Positions 22,697 to 32,318 are shown, counted from the first letter of the stretch. The stretch: 64,000 nucleotides of DNA from Clostridia bacterium (GCA_045660545.1 JAZREA010000019.1:21179-85178), one strand, 5' to 3'. The notes: a model not told the origin generated them from the sequence alone. Program-made: numbers and translations.

Positions 22697-22721
22697 TAAG
22701 GCCACAATTATTGTGGCCTTA
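22697..22721 (+). terminator. Hairpin after purL
   Basis: TAAGGCCACAA-TTA-TTGTGGCCTTA perfect stem, weak U tract. Confidence 0.6.
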
Positions 22722-22781
22722 TCGTCGTTTGTTGACAATATGTTTTCTTGCATAATCTTGCACAAGAAAGGATGTATAATT

Positions 22782-22862
22782 ATGAATTTTACAACCTGGT
22801 TTGCAATTGCCATAGCAATAATTCTTCCGGTGGCGGTATATATCTTTAACAACAAGGAATGA
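22782..22862 (+). CDS. 26-aa single-pass hydrophobic peptide MNFTTWFAIAIAIILPVAVYIFNNKE
   Basis: Read from sequence; AAGAAAGGA RBS; below ORF-track cutoff. Confidence 0.55.
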   Translation: MNFTTWFAIAIAIILPVAVYIFNNKE

Positions 22863-22864
22863 TT

Positions 22865-22917
22865 TTTTGTCCTGCCTTGTCGGGAGCCTAGTAAGAATGT
22901 CGAAATTTGACGAAAGG
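22865..22917 (+). repeat. Intergenic repeat copy 1 (short form)
   Basis: TTTTGTCCTGCCTTGTCGGGAGCCTAGTAAGAATGTCGAAATTTGACGAAAGG; aligns with 34791-34841. Confidence 0.7.
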
Positions 22918-22927
22918 AAGCATGAAC

Positions 22928-23281
22928 ATGAAGAAACTTAAAATAGTAGTTTTAATCATAATATCAGCGTTTGTACTATTTTGGATTTGTTCAATTGCTA
23001 TGTGCGAATATAATACATATAAGTATGGTGAAATTTTTAGAAATACTAAAATACACGATATTGGTGGTGAAGGATATTTAGACGATTGCAATATAAAAGT
23101 TTTAAAGTATAACAATGATTATGCTAAAGTATATGCAGTTTTTAAAAATGATTTAAATGAAGTAGGATTGGTTTATTATTTTGCAAAAAATGATGATGGT
23201 AATTGGGTTTTTGATTATTATGATTCTGTATATTCAAGGACAGGAAGTGCAGATGGGTTTATTTGGCCGTATATAAGATAA
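22928..23281 (+). CDS. Hypothetical membrane-anchored/secreted protein
   Basis: N-terminal basic plus hydrophobic segment; very AT-rich. Confidence 0.75.
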   Translation: MKKLKIVVLIIISAFVLFWICSIAMCEYNTYKYGEIFRNTKIHDIGGEGYLDDCNIKVLKYNNDYAKVYAVFKNDLNEVGLVYYFAKNDDGNWVFDYYDSVYSRTGSADGFIWPYIR

Positions 23282-23286
23282 ACACA

Positions 23287-23380
23287 TTTTATCCTTAACT
23301 TGATACGAACTACTGATAACTAACATTGGCATCTAGATTATACAGTCTTTATATAAAAGATGTCGAATGTTGTCGAAAGG
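23287..23380 (+). repeat. Intergenic repeat copy 2 (long form)
   Basis: 29-bp core ATTGGCATCTAGATTATACAGTCTTTATA at 23325-23353, identical to 23785-23813. Confidence 0.9.
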
Positions 23381-23391
23381 AGAAATGTATA

Positions 23392-23745
23392 ATGGATTAT
23401 TTATATCAAAATGGTGAGAATGTTTTTGATATATGCAAACTTGATAATGGTGAATTGTTAGTACAAGTTAAAGTGAAAGATTTTTTGGGACAATTTGCTT
23501 ATTGTATTGAAGAAAACAATTTAAATGATTATATGCATTCTTTAGAGCAATTAGATAAATCAGAACAAGGTGAATTAAGATTTTCTGATATGGATTCTGA
23601 TTCATTTATATATTTTGAAAAGACGAAGTTCGGACATATGAAGATAAGCGGACAGTTGGGAATGACATTTCGAAATAACTATCTTATATTTGAAATGGAT
23701 GCAGACCAAACTGTTATAGCAAGATTGATTAAAAGATTAAAATAA
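23392..23745 (+). CDS. Hypothetical protein, resembles WapI-type immunity proteins
   Basis: 117 aa after AAAGGAG; C-terminal GHMKISGQLG...LIFEMDADQT pattern (recalled resemblance only). Confidence 0.6.
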   Translation: MDYLYQNGENVFDICKLDNGELLVQVKVKDFLGQFAYCIEENNLNDYMHSLEQLDKSEQGELRFSDMDSDSFIYFEKTKFGHMKISGQLGMTFRNNYLIFEMDADQTVIARLIKRLK

Positions 23746-23840
23746 TTTTTAGACCTAACTTTATATGAACTATCGCTGAAAATGATTGGCATCTAGATTA
23801 TACAGTCTTTATAGTAAAGAATGTCGAAAAATGTAGAAAA
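23746..23840 (+). repeat. Intergenic repeat copy 3 (long form)
   Basis: CCTAACTTTATATGAACT...core 23785-23813...AAGAATGTCGAAA. Confidence 0.9.
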
Positions 23841-23861
23841 AGATAAAAAGGAGAAAAAGCA

Positions 23862-25001
23862 ATGTTTGAAAAGTTAAAAAGTTTTTGTGATTCGTTTCTG
23901 GAACTTGGAGTTCCGGGCTTTGATTTAGTGATTTACAAAGACGGAGAATGTATTCTCAGGTATATGAATGGCTATAGTGATCTTGAAAACAAGGTTAAAA
24001 TAGACGGAAAGGAAAAATATAACATTTATTCTTGCTCAAAGGTTATCACTTGTACAGCTGCTTTGCAGTTATTGGAAAAGGGATTGTTTTCGCTTGAAGA
24101 TAAACTTTCTGACTTTATGCCCGAATTTAAGGAAATGACGGTCAAGACCGATGACGGTATTAAAAAGGCTGAAAAACCAATTTTAATAAAGCATTTATTT
24201 GAAATGACTGCAGGTTTTTCCTATGCCTGCTATTCACCGCAGTTAAAAAGATGCATTGATGAAACTGTCGGCAAATGTCCTACTCGTGAGGTAATGAAGT
24301 ATCTTGCTAAGGAACCATTGCTTTTTGAACCCGGCGACAGATGGGAGTATAGTTTATGTCATGATGTACTAGCGGCTTTTGTTGAGATTGTATCGGGTGA
24401 AAAATTTGAAGTATATGTCAAAAAGAATATTTTTGATGTTATTGGAATGAATAATTCTACTTTTATGTTGCCTGATGCAGAAATTGAAACCATTGCACCG
24501 CAATATAGATTTGAAGATGGAAAAGCAGTTAATGTTGGAAAACCCATATTTAACTATAAAATCGGCTCTGAATATGCATCGGGCGGTGCTGGTTGCATTT
24601 CTACGGTAGATGATTACATAAAGTTTTTAGAGGGCTTACGTACTTGTAAATTGCTAAAACCTGAAACAGTTGAACTAATGATGAGCGACCGTTTAACAGA
24701 TGAGCAAAAAAGGACATATTGGACAAAAGACTCCCATGGTTATGGTTTGGGAGTGCGTTGCCCTAAAGGTGATAAAAGATATATTGATTTTGGTTGGGGC
24801 GGTGCTGCAGGCGCGTATCTTGCTATTGATGTTCAGAATGCAATTTCGATTTATTTTGGCACACATTTATTATCTTCTCCCGCCCAGGGGTTACGTTCGA
24901 TGCTTTATAGATTTGTAATAGCAGAACTGATTGACAACAGCGAGTTCGAAAGGGCGTATAAAGATTTGGAAGATTTGCATAATTATAAATTAACCTATTA
25001 A
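23862..25001 (+). CDS. Serine hydrolase, beta-lactamase/class C-like family
   Basis: YSCSK SxxK motif, LLFEPGDRWEYS, FGWGGAAG. Confidence 0.9.
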   Translation: MFEKLKSFCDSFLELGVPGFDLVIYKDGECILRYMNGYSDLENKVKIDGKEKYNIYSCSKVITCTAALQLLEKGLFSLEDKLSDFMPEFKEMTVKTDDGIKKAEKPILIKHLFEMTAGFSYACYSPQLKRCIDETVGKCPTREVMKYLAKEPLLFEPGDRWEYSLCHDVLAAFVEIVSGEKFEVYVKKNIFDVIGMNNSTFMLPDAEIETIAPQYRFEDGKAVNVGKPIFNYKIGSEYASGGAGCISTVDDYIKFLEGLRTCKLLKPETVELMMSDRLTDEQKRTYWTKDSHGYGLGVRCPKGDKRYIDFGWGGAAGAYLAIDVQNAISIYFGTHLLSSPAQGLRSMLYRFVIAELIDNSEFERAYKDLEDLHNYKLTY

Positions 25002-25043
25002 AAATGTAAAATACGTAGGTAGTTTTGTTGTAATAAAAATATA

Positions 25044-25096
25044 TTTTTGGGTTCTAACATGACATGAACTGCTACTGAAAAACTTTTGCATCTAAA
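25044..25096 (+). repeat. Intergenic repeat copy 4 (partial, degenerate)
   Basis: TTCTAACATGACATGAACTGCTACTGAAAAACTTTTGCATCTA matches the 5' half of copies 2 and 3. Confidence 0.7.
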
Positions 25097-25145
25097 CCGT
25101 CTGTCCCGCATAACTCGGATTATATCCTAAAAAGGAGAGAAGAAA

Positions 25146-25652
25146 ATGAAGTATTTAATTGTAGTTGATATGCAAAATGATTTTATAACAGGCAGTCTGG
25201 GTAGTGTGCTTGCCGAGAAAATTGTGCCTGATGTAGTTGAAAAGGTTAAAAATTTTGATGGTAAAATTATATTCACAAGAGATACACATTTTGCAGACTA
25301 TATGCAGACACAGGAAGGCGAAAATCTTCCGGTAGAGCATTGTATTAAAGATACTGATGGTTGGCAGATTTGTGATGAACTTAAGGCTTATGCTAATGAA
25401 GTTGTTGATAAAATCACATTTGGAAGTGTCGATTTGCCAGGAATACTGAAAGATTATGGCGATGAGATAGATGAAATAGAATTGTGCGGATTGTGTACAG
25501 ATATTTGCGTAATTTCAAACGCTATGATATTAAAAGCGAGCTTTCCTGAAACAAAAATAGTTGTTGATGGCAAGTGCTGTGCAGGAGTTAGTGTCGAAAG
25601 TCACAAAACAGCACTTGAGGCTATGAAGGCAGTGCAAATAGAAATCGTGTAA
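25146..25652 (+). CDS. Cysteine hydrolase (isochorismatase/nicotinamidase family)
   Basis: VVDMQNDF, TRDTH, HC, DK.TFGS, GLCTDICV. Confidence 0.92.
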   Translation: MKYLIVVDMQNDFITGSLGSVLAEKIVPDVVEKVKNFDGKIIFTRDTHFADYMQTQEGENLPVEHCIKDTDGWQICDELKAYANEVVDKITFGSVDLPGILKDYGDEIDEIELCGLCTDICVISNAMILKASFPETKIVVDGKCCAGVSVESHKTALEAMKAVQIEIV

Positions 25653-25698
25653 TTTGAATAGCTTGAAAACGATAACTTTTGAATTATGATTATATGAT

Positions 25699-25792
25699 TT
25701 TTTACTCCTGTCTTGACACGAGCTTGACGCTAAAAAGATTGTCATATAGATTATACAGTCTTTATATAAAGAGTGTAAAATATTGGCGAAAA
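25699..25792 (+). repeat. Intergenic repeat copy 5 (long form)
   Basis: TCCTGTCTTGACACGAGC then core ATTGTCATATAGATTATACAGTCTTTATA (27/29 to copy 2) at 25738-25766. Confidence 0.85.
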
Positions 25793-25833
25793 GCCAAAGA
25801 ATAATTTTAAAACGATATAAAGGGGAGTTTGTT

Positions 25834-26571
25834 ATGAAATTAATAAAAGACATTTGTTATGGTAAATCTAAACATCCGGAGCAGTATCTTGATTTATACC
25901 TTCCGGATAGTGATGAGTTCAAGGTTTTTGTGTATATGCACGGCGGCGGAATGGAACGCGGTGACAAAAAAAGTGCAAGTATAGTTGGTGAATATGTAGC
26001 AAGCCAGGGTATAGCGTTTGTGTCAGTAAATTACAGGATGTATCCACAGGCTATGTATCCCCAGTTTATTTGTGATGCGGCAGAGGCCGTTGGCTGGATA
26101 TATAACAATATTAATCAGTATGGAAAATGCGAAGGGATATATATCGGCGGAAGCAGTGCTGGTGGATATCTTTCAATGATGCTTTGCTTTGATAGCAGAT
26201 TTTTGTCTCCGTATAAGTTGCCTTCTGATGTAATAAAAGGATATGTTCATGATGCCGGTCAGCCAACAACACATTATAACGTACTTAGAGAACGTGGGAT
26301 TGATTCCCGAAGAGTGATAATTGACGAGGCGGCGCCACTATATCATATTGGAAACGCTGATAGCTATCCGCCTATGATGTTTATTGTTTCGGATAATGAT
26401 ATGAAAAATCGATATGAACAAACCCAGTTAACTATTTCTACATTAAAGCATTTTGTATACGATGAGAGTAAAATATATTATCGACTTATGAATGGTACAC
26501 ACTGTCACTATTCAAAAACAGAAGCATTTGGGAAAATGGTTTGTGAATTTATAAGAGAAACGGAAAAGTAA
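25834..26571 (+). CDS. Alpha/beta hydrolase (esterase/lipase)
   Basis: HGGG oxyanion motif, VNYR, GSSAGG nucleophile elbow. Confidence 0.9.
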   Translation: MKLIKDICYGKSKHPEQYLDLYLPDSDEFKVFVYMHGGGMERGDKKSASIVGEYVASQGIAFVSVNYRMYPQAMYPQFICDAAEAVGWIYNNINQYGKCEGIYIGGSSAGGYLSMMLCFDSRFLSPYKLPSDVIKGYVHDAGQPTTHYNVLRERGIDSRRVIIDEAAPLYHIGNADSYPPMMFIVSDNDMKNRYEQTQLTISTLKHFVYDESKIYYRLMNGTHCHYSKTEAFGKMVCEFIRETEK

Positions 26572-26586
26572 AAAATATTGATAACA

Positions 26587-26615
26587 AAAACCGGTCGATA
26601 AAATCGACCGGTTTT
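26587..26615. terminator. Bidirectional terminator
   Basis: AAAACCGGTCGAT-AAA-ATCGACCGGTTTT between convergent genes. Confidence 0.85.
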
Positions 26616-26637
26616 AACTTTATTTGCTATTTAACTT

Positions 26638-29600
26638 TCAGATTTTTTGTTCCTGCAAATTTGAATCGGAAAAATCCAATACGTATTCTTTTATATTGCT
26701 GTTTTGTGCAACATAAAACCTTTCTTTTGCCTCGCCTTGAGCTGTAAAGCTGTTTTGGTTTACACAAACAACTTCTGCAAGTTCGTTTTCCGGCCAAACA
26801 AAAGTGTTTGTGTCGGTAACAATTTTAACAATTTTGCCAAACGGCATTTCTACATCGAAGGATGTGTTTTTGGTAACAACTTTTGCTTTTCGTAAAGTAT
26901 CGTCTGTATTATACCAGTCTACCGCGGTAAGGTAAATGTGGTATGTGTTATCTTCCTGTTTAAAGATACTGTACTGGACATCATCGCCGCACTCGACGCG
27001 AACCTTTTCGTTTTTAAGTATTTCGTCGGCACAGCTTTTTATAAGATTGTTGTATACGGAATAAATCGCCTTATTACCCGGGTAGCAAAGGGTGTTTACA
27101 AGGATAATTTTACCTTTTCCGCATTCTAATTCATACACAACGTCTTCTGTATCGAAATCCGGACTGATTTTTTTAAGGTTATCAGAAAGATTTACACAAA
27201 CCTTGATTTGCGTACCTGCAATATTTTTTGACTCGAATTTTGGAGCGCCGTTTGCAAGCTTGTCGGTAATTGGATTTGAAACAACGTTAATATTAAAATT
27301 ATCGAGTTCATCTTTGTTTGTTGTATCGGTGAAATGCGCCCAGGTGCAAATAAGAGTTGAGCCGTTTTCTACTGCATTTAAAATCCTTTGGGTATCTTCA
27401 ACGGTAGAGTAGTTGTATCCTGCAAAAACAAGGAGAGCATATTTTGATAAATCGCCTGTTTCAACCGGCACTGCATCTACATTACCTCTTGGTGTACCGC
27501 TGAAAGTTCCGAAAGGCACATCCCTTTGTGGCGAAACAAAGCCTGTTTTGTGTGCGCCCTGTTCGTTAAGTGCGTCGAGCGGATAGAAAGATTTAAGGTG
27601 TATCCATGAATCACTTTCGTCGCCCGGCTTGATAGAAGGAATACCCCACTGGGTGTTAACCAAAAAGCCGTTCCATCCATCCATTCTTCCGTGTAAAAAT
27701 GCAAACGGAGTATAGAAAGTACCTGTTCTTGAATGTGTTCTTACAAACTTATTAAAGCGTAAAAGCTCTTCCCTGTGCTTTTCGCACGCTAAGGACAAAC
27801 GATTGTGGTAGGCATAAAAAGCCTCCATAAACCACAGGCCTTCTTCGGTGTTTATATCGGTTACTCCCTGAAGATATGGAACATAAAGAGAGAGGAGGTA
27901 TCTCCTGTAACGTCTTAGGTTGTCGTGAGGAAATGTTGACCACTGAAGAGCGAGATGTACACCGTATTTGTCTTTGTTGTATGCCTGTGATGCACCTCTT
28001 AAGAAAGACAAAAGAATCTCGGTAGAACTATCCATTGTTTCTGTACCAACCCACTCAAAACCGTTTTGTAAAAAGTATTTGTACATAACGGAAGGGCCTG
28101 TATGTCTTGTAAAGTTGCCGCTGCTAAGTAACTTTAATTCCTGCGAGGCTATATCGTGTGCCATAGCCATATCGTTTGACTCGGGAGTTTTTCTTGCATA
28201 AGAATACTCGCCGTCTTTATACATAATGTTAAAAGGTCTGTATGAGCTTTCTATTGTTTCGGGATACTCTCTGGCAAGTCTTGCCGCAAGGTCGTAAAAT
28301 TCTTCAAGAGGAGCTTCTATTTCGCGAGGTCTGCCGTTTTCCTGAGTCCAGTAAAACAACTGGCCGTCCCTTTCGTGGAGTTGACGTCCCATAAAGTGCT
28401 TTCCACTTAGCATTTTTTCGCTCGGGTTTGTGTGTACACCGGGAATGTCGCGTCCGTCAGATATGTGAACATAGTTAAGTTCAAGCTTTTCACAAAGGCG
28501 TGTAAACACATTCCATACACGAGAGTTTACAAATCTCTGACCGCCCCAGCGGTAAACAGGACGAATGGTAATGAAGCTACCAATATCGTTAGCTATGTAC
28601 CATTTAATGTAGTCACAAACAGATTTTAGGCTTGATACGTCAATGTAGATCATATCGCCGCTTGCAGTAATAACATTATCGTTGGTTTTACTAACGCAGC
28701 GCCTCATGGTATATGATTTTGAAAAAGAATCTGATTTAAGGGTAAAGGAGAGCCCGTTTTTGGCTTTAAGCGGTTTTAGCGATAAAACCACAAGATTAAC
28801 CTCATCAAAAACGGTTTTTTCTGTAAGTTCAAAATCCGAGCTTTCAAATTCTATATTTACATCGTTGTTTTTTGTTTCTACAAGGAGCTTCAGATCTTTA
28901 TCTGCATAGAATTCGTCTGCTGAATTCATAAGTGTAAACGGAGTATTTTCCTTTTCTAAAACCAGTATTTCGTCAAACAGAAGAGGTATTACATCGTGGT
29001 AATTGCTTGTATATTTAATTGAAATTGTGTTTTCGCCGTTGGTAAATACACCTTCGGGGAGTTCAATTTCCACAGGTGAAAAACGATGGATTTTAAGAAA
29101 CACCTCACCTTTATAGCACAAATTTCCGTTTACTGATATTTCAAATTCCGGCCAATCTCTTTTTGAAAGATTCTGTCCGAGCCAGGCAAACCTTGTAAGA
29201 CCAATGTTGCCTCTGTCAAATTCGGGAAGAAGATTTCTGCCTTCTGTGTCGCAGATAAACGGTGATTCAAAATACAGATTTCCTGAATAGTTTTCGCCTT
29301 CGAGCGTGATAATTACACAGGCAGTTTTCTGTTGTTCTATTTTAATATGTTTTTTAAGCTCAGTAAAATCATAGGTACCCTCGGGCACGTTTATAATATG
29401 ACGTTCGTCGGGTGCGGCGGTTGTATCATTAGGGCTTATTCCGTCTTTTGTGTACCACACATCGAGTATTATGCGCACATATCCGCCATCTTCAATTTTA
29501 AGATTACGCGCTTTTGCGCTCATACCAAAAGACCATTCGTCAGAGTATTCGGTAAAATCTTCATACGGAAACAGCCCGTACAACAACCCCTGCCATACAA

Positions 29601-29898
29601 CTTTTTTTAACACTCTTTTTGCGTATGGAAGAGGATTCTGCGTTGAATAATCAAGACAGAAACGGTTATTTTTTGACTCTTCATAATTAAGAGAATCGTC
29701 TATGAGCATATACAAAAGCTCCGCTCCTGATTCGTTTTTAAGTGTCGGAGCCGATGCATCTTCACAGGAAAAAAAGAGCTTGTGCAGATTGTTTGTATTA
29801 ATATTGCTGCCATCTAATTTGAAGGTCAATTCCTGACCTTTTTTTAACACAACATTTTTGTTGTCGGATTTTAAATCAATCTTTTTTGATTGTATCAT
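26638..29898 (-). CDS. Large hypothetical protein (1086 aa), possibly carbohydrate-active enzyme-like
   Basis: Long ORF with AGGAG RBS; aromatic/acidic central region; no firm family match by eye. Confidence 0.75.
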   Translation of the reverse strand: MIQSKKIDLKSDNKNVVLKKGQELTFKLDGSNINTNNLHKLFFSCEDASAPTLKNESGAELLYMLIDDSLNYEESKNNRFCLDYSTQNPLPYAKRVLKKVVWQGLLYGLFPYEDFTEYSDEWSFGMSAKARNLKIEDGGYVRIILDVWYTKDGISPNDTTAAPDERHIINVPEGTYDFTELKKHIKIEQQKTACVIITLEGENYSGNLYFESPFICDTEGRNLLPEFDRGNIGLTRFAWLGQNLSKRDWPEFEISVNGNLCYKGEVFLKIHRFSPVEIELPEGVFTNGENTISIKYTSNYHDVIPLLFDEILVLEKENTPFTLMNSADEFYADKDLKLLVETKNNDVNIEFESSDFELTEKTVFDEVNLVVLSLKPLKAKNGLSFTLKSDSFSKSYTMRRCVSKTNDNVITASGDMIYIDVSSLKSVCDYIKWYIANDIGSFITIRPVYRWGGQRFVNSRVWNVFTRLCEKLELNYVHISDGRDIPGVHTNPSEKMLSGKHFMGRQLHERDGQLFYWTQENGRPREIEAPLEEFYDLAARLAREYPETIESSYRPFNIMYKDGEYSYARKTPESNDMAMAHDIASQELKLLSSGNFTRHTGPSVMYKYFLQNGFEWVGTETMDSSTEILLSFLRGASQAYNKDKYGVHLALQWSTFPHDNLRRYRRYLLSLYVPYLQGVTDINTEEGLWFMEAFYAYHNRLSLACEKHREELLRFNKFVRTHSRTGTFYTPFAFLHGRMDGWNGFLVNTQWGIPSIKPGDESDSWIHLKSFYPLDALNEQGAHKTGFVSPQRDVPFGTFSGTPRGNVDAVPVETGDLSKYALLVFAGYNYSTVEDTQRILNAVENGSTLICTWAHFTDTTNKDELDNFNINVVSNPITDKLANGAPKFESKNIAGTQIKVCVNLSDNLKKISPDFDTEDVVYELECGKGKIILVNTLCYPGNKAIYSVYNNLIKSCADEILKNEKVRVECGDDVQYSIFKQEDNTYHIYLTAVDWYNTDDTLRKAKVVTKNTSFDVEMPFGKIVKIVTDTNTFVWPENELAEVVCVNQNSFTAQGEAKERFYVAQNSNIKEYVLDFSDSNLQEQKI

Positions 29899-30151
29899 AC
29901 TTTTCGCTCCTTGCCAAACAAGATAATAGTGTTATGATTTAGACATTATATCAAAACTAAAACTTATAGTCAAGCAAATGTTTTCTTTAATTTGACTTTC
30001 TTACAATTTCTGTTTGTAATAGGTGCTTAAAATATTGATTTTTCAACAAATTTATGATAAAATTATAATATTATTTAAAAGCTTTGACGATTGCTTTCGA
30101 TGTGGTTTATAACCGGCAATATTTAAATTATTATCTATGGGGGAATATACT

Positions 30152-31153
30152 ATGAAAAAACACTTATTACCACAAACAGGAAATTTTTATAAATCAAACC
30201 TGCACTGTCATACAACCGTTTCTGACGGTAAGATGACACCGGAAGAAATAAAGGAAATCTATACGGCGGAAGGTTACTCTGTAATCGCTTTTACAGACCA
30301 TGACGTTTTGGTTCCCCATCCTGAACTTGCGGACGAAAACTTTTTGCCGCTGAATGGGTATGAGATGGAAATTAACGAAGACGCTTCTGTAAAAATCGGT
30401 AGAAAAAGATGCCATATATGTCTGATTGCAACAGACCCCGAAAACACAAAGCAGGTATGCTTTCATCGTACCAAGTATTTACCGGGCAACACGGTAAATT
30501 ACTTATCGCAGATTAATTATGATGAGTCAGAGCCTGATTATGAGAGAGAGTATGGCAGCGAATGTGTCAACGACATAATAAAAAAGGGAGTTGACAACGG
30601 ATTTTTTGTTACATATAATCATCCCACCTGGTCAAGAGAAAGATATAACGATTATGTTCAGTACAACGGTATGCACGCAATGGAAATTTACAATTCCGAA
30701 TGCGAACTGGTTGGCTATTATGAATATAACGAAAAAGAATATGACGATATGCTCTGCTCCGGAAAAAGAATCTATTGTATAGCTACGGACGACACGCACC
30801 CCAGGGAATCTTGCTTTGGCGGCTATACTATGATTAAAGCGGATAAGCTCGAATACAAAGCTATTACATCCGCTTTGATGAACGGTAATTTTTACGCTTC
30901 TCAGGGGCCGGAAATATTTGACCTTTGGTTTGAAGACGGTATTTTGCATGTTGAATGTTCGGACGCGAAGAACATAAGGCTCAGCACGGGTGCGAGAAGG
31001 TGTAAAAGATGTGCCGCGCCAAAAGGCGAATTTATAAATTCAGCAGATTTTGAAGTCAGGCCGGAAGATGTATATGTCAGACTGACAATAACCGATGAGA
31101 ATGGTAAATTTGCTTATACAAACGCTTATTTTATTGACGGTTGGTTTGAGTAA
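30152..31153 (+). CDS. PHP-domain metallohydrolase
   Basis: NLHCHTTVSDG, FTDHD, YNHP, ATDDTH. Confidence 0.88.
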   Translation: MKKHLLPQTGNFYKSNLHCHTTVSDGKMTPEEIKEIYTAEGYSVIAFTDHDVLVPHPELADENFLPLNGYEMEINEDASVKIGRKRCHICLIATDPENTKQVCFHRTKYLPGNTVNYLSQINYDESEPDYEREYGSECVNDIIKKGVDNGFFVTYNHPTWSRERYNDYVQYNGMHAMEIYNSECELVGYYEYNEKEYDDMLCSGKRIYCIATDDTHPRESCFGGYTMIKADKLEYKAITSALMNGNFYASQGPEIFDLWFEDGILHVECSDAKNIRLSTGARRCKRCAAPKGEFINSADFEVRPEDVYVRLTITDENGKFAYTNAYFIDGWFE

Positions 31154-31191
31154 GATATTATCAATGGCGCAGGAAGGGTTGGTATTTAATC

Positions 31192-31710
31192 ATGGAATAT
31201 GAAAAGTTAATAACAGAAAGATACTCTGTCAGAAATTTCAAGCCTGAGCATCTGTCGCAACAGGATATTTCAAAAATATTAGAGGCTGCATATAAGGCAC
31301 CTACGGGATGTAATTATCAGCCACAGAGAATTCTGGTCTTAAACACAGATTCGAGCTTGGAAAAACTGAAAAACTGCACAAAGTGTCACTTTAATGCGCC
31401 TACGGCGATGCTTGTATGCTATAATGAGGATGAAAGCTGGAAAAGGGTGTACGACGGTGCTCTTTCTGCACCGGTTGACGCTGCAATTGTTGCAACCCAT
31501 ATGATGCTTGCCGCACATAATGTAGGAGCAGGTTGTTGTTGGGTTATGCACTTTGACCCTTATGCTATGAAAGAAACATTTAATATTCCCGATAATATAA
31601 AACCGTTAGCTCTTTTGGTTATGGGATACCCGACGGATACATCTGTGCCGTTTGAAATGCACAACAAATTCCGCCCTTTTGAAGAAATGGTACTTTACGA
31701 GCAGTTTTGA
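31192..31710 (+). CDS. Nitroreductase family protein
   Basis: RYSVRNF, APTGCNYQP, MLAA...GCCWV, MGYP. Confidence 0.92.
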   Translation: MEYEKLITERYSVRNFKPEHLSQQDISKILEAAYKAPTGCNYQPQRILVLNTDSSLEKLKNCTKCHFNAPTAMLVCYNEDESWKRVYDGALSAPVDAAIVATHMMLAAHNVGAGCCWVMHFDPYAMKETFNIPDNIKPLALLVMGYPTDTSVPFEMHNKFRPFEEMVLYEQF

Positions 31711-31759
31711 AATCCAATATAAAGGATTAAGTTTTGTTGTAAGGATATAGGAGGAAAAG

Positions 31760-32284
31760 ATGTTGAAATTATTGATTGCTTCTGATATACACGGCTCCGC
31801 GGAGTACTGCCGTCAGCTGATTAAAGCGGTAGAAAGGGAAGGGGCTGACAAGGTGTTGTTGCTGGGCGATTTATTATATCACGGACCACGTAATGATCTC
31901 CCTGCTGAATATGCGCCAAAAGAGGTGGCGCATATGCTTAATGGAATTAAAGAAAAGCTCCTTTGCGTGCGGGGTAACTGCGACACGGAAGTCGACCAGA
32001 TGATGCTGGATTTTCCTGTTTTGTCCGATTCTGCTTTGATTTGCTGGGAAGGTGTGACTATTTATGCCGCCCACGGACATCACGATTTTCCTACATTACA
32101 ATCGGGAGAAGTCTTCGTTTCGGGACACACTCATATTCCGGTAGATTATGTTAAAGAAAATGTTCGCTACATTAACCCGGGTTCTGTCTCCATCCCCAAG
32201 GAAGATTCGTGGCATGGATATATTGTTTTGGAGGATGGAATCTTCACATGGAAGAATCTTGACGGGGAAATACAACCTCTTTAA
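31760..32284 (+). CDS. YfcE-family metallophosphoesterase
   Basis: SDIHG, GDLLYHGPRN, VRGNCD, HGH, SGHTH, NPGSVSIPK. Confidence 0.92.
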   Translation: MLKLLIASDIHGSAEYCRQLIKAVEREGADKVLLLGDLLYHGPRNDLPAEYAPKEVAHMLNGIKEKLLCVRGNCDTEVDQMMLDFPVLSDSALICWEGVTIYAAHGHHDFPTLQSGEVFVSGHTHIPVDYVKENVRYINPGSVSIPKEDSWHGYIVLEDGIFTWKNLDGEIQPL

Positions 32285-32295
32285 AAAACGTGTTG

Positions 32296-32318
32296 TTTTG
32301 TCCCGACTTGACACGAGT
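32296..32318 (+). repeat. Intergenic repeat 5' motif copy
   Basis: TTTTGTCCCGACTTGACACGAGT. Confidence 0.65.

Noticed and set aside
23862-25001. Beta-lactam resistance gene
   Set aside because: No signal peptide; fits the cytoplasmic esterase-type SxxK hydrolases rather than a true beta-lactamase.
22865-25792. Repeats as a CRISPR array or classical attC sites
   Set aside because: Spacers are whole genes of 350-1200 bp, there are no cas genes, and there are no RYYYAAC/GTTRRRY boxes or long bottom-strand palindrome.
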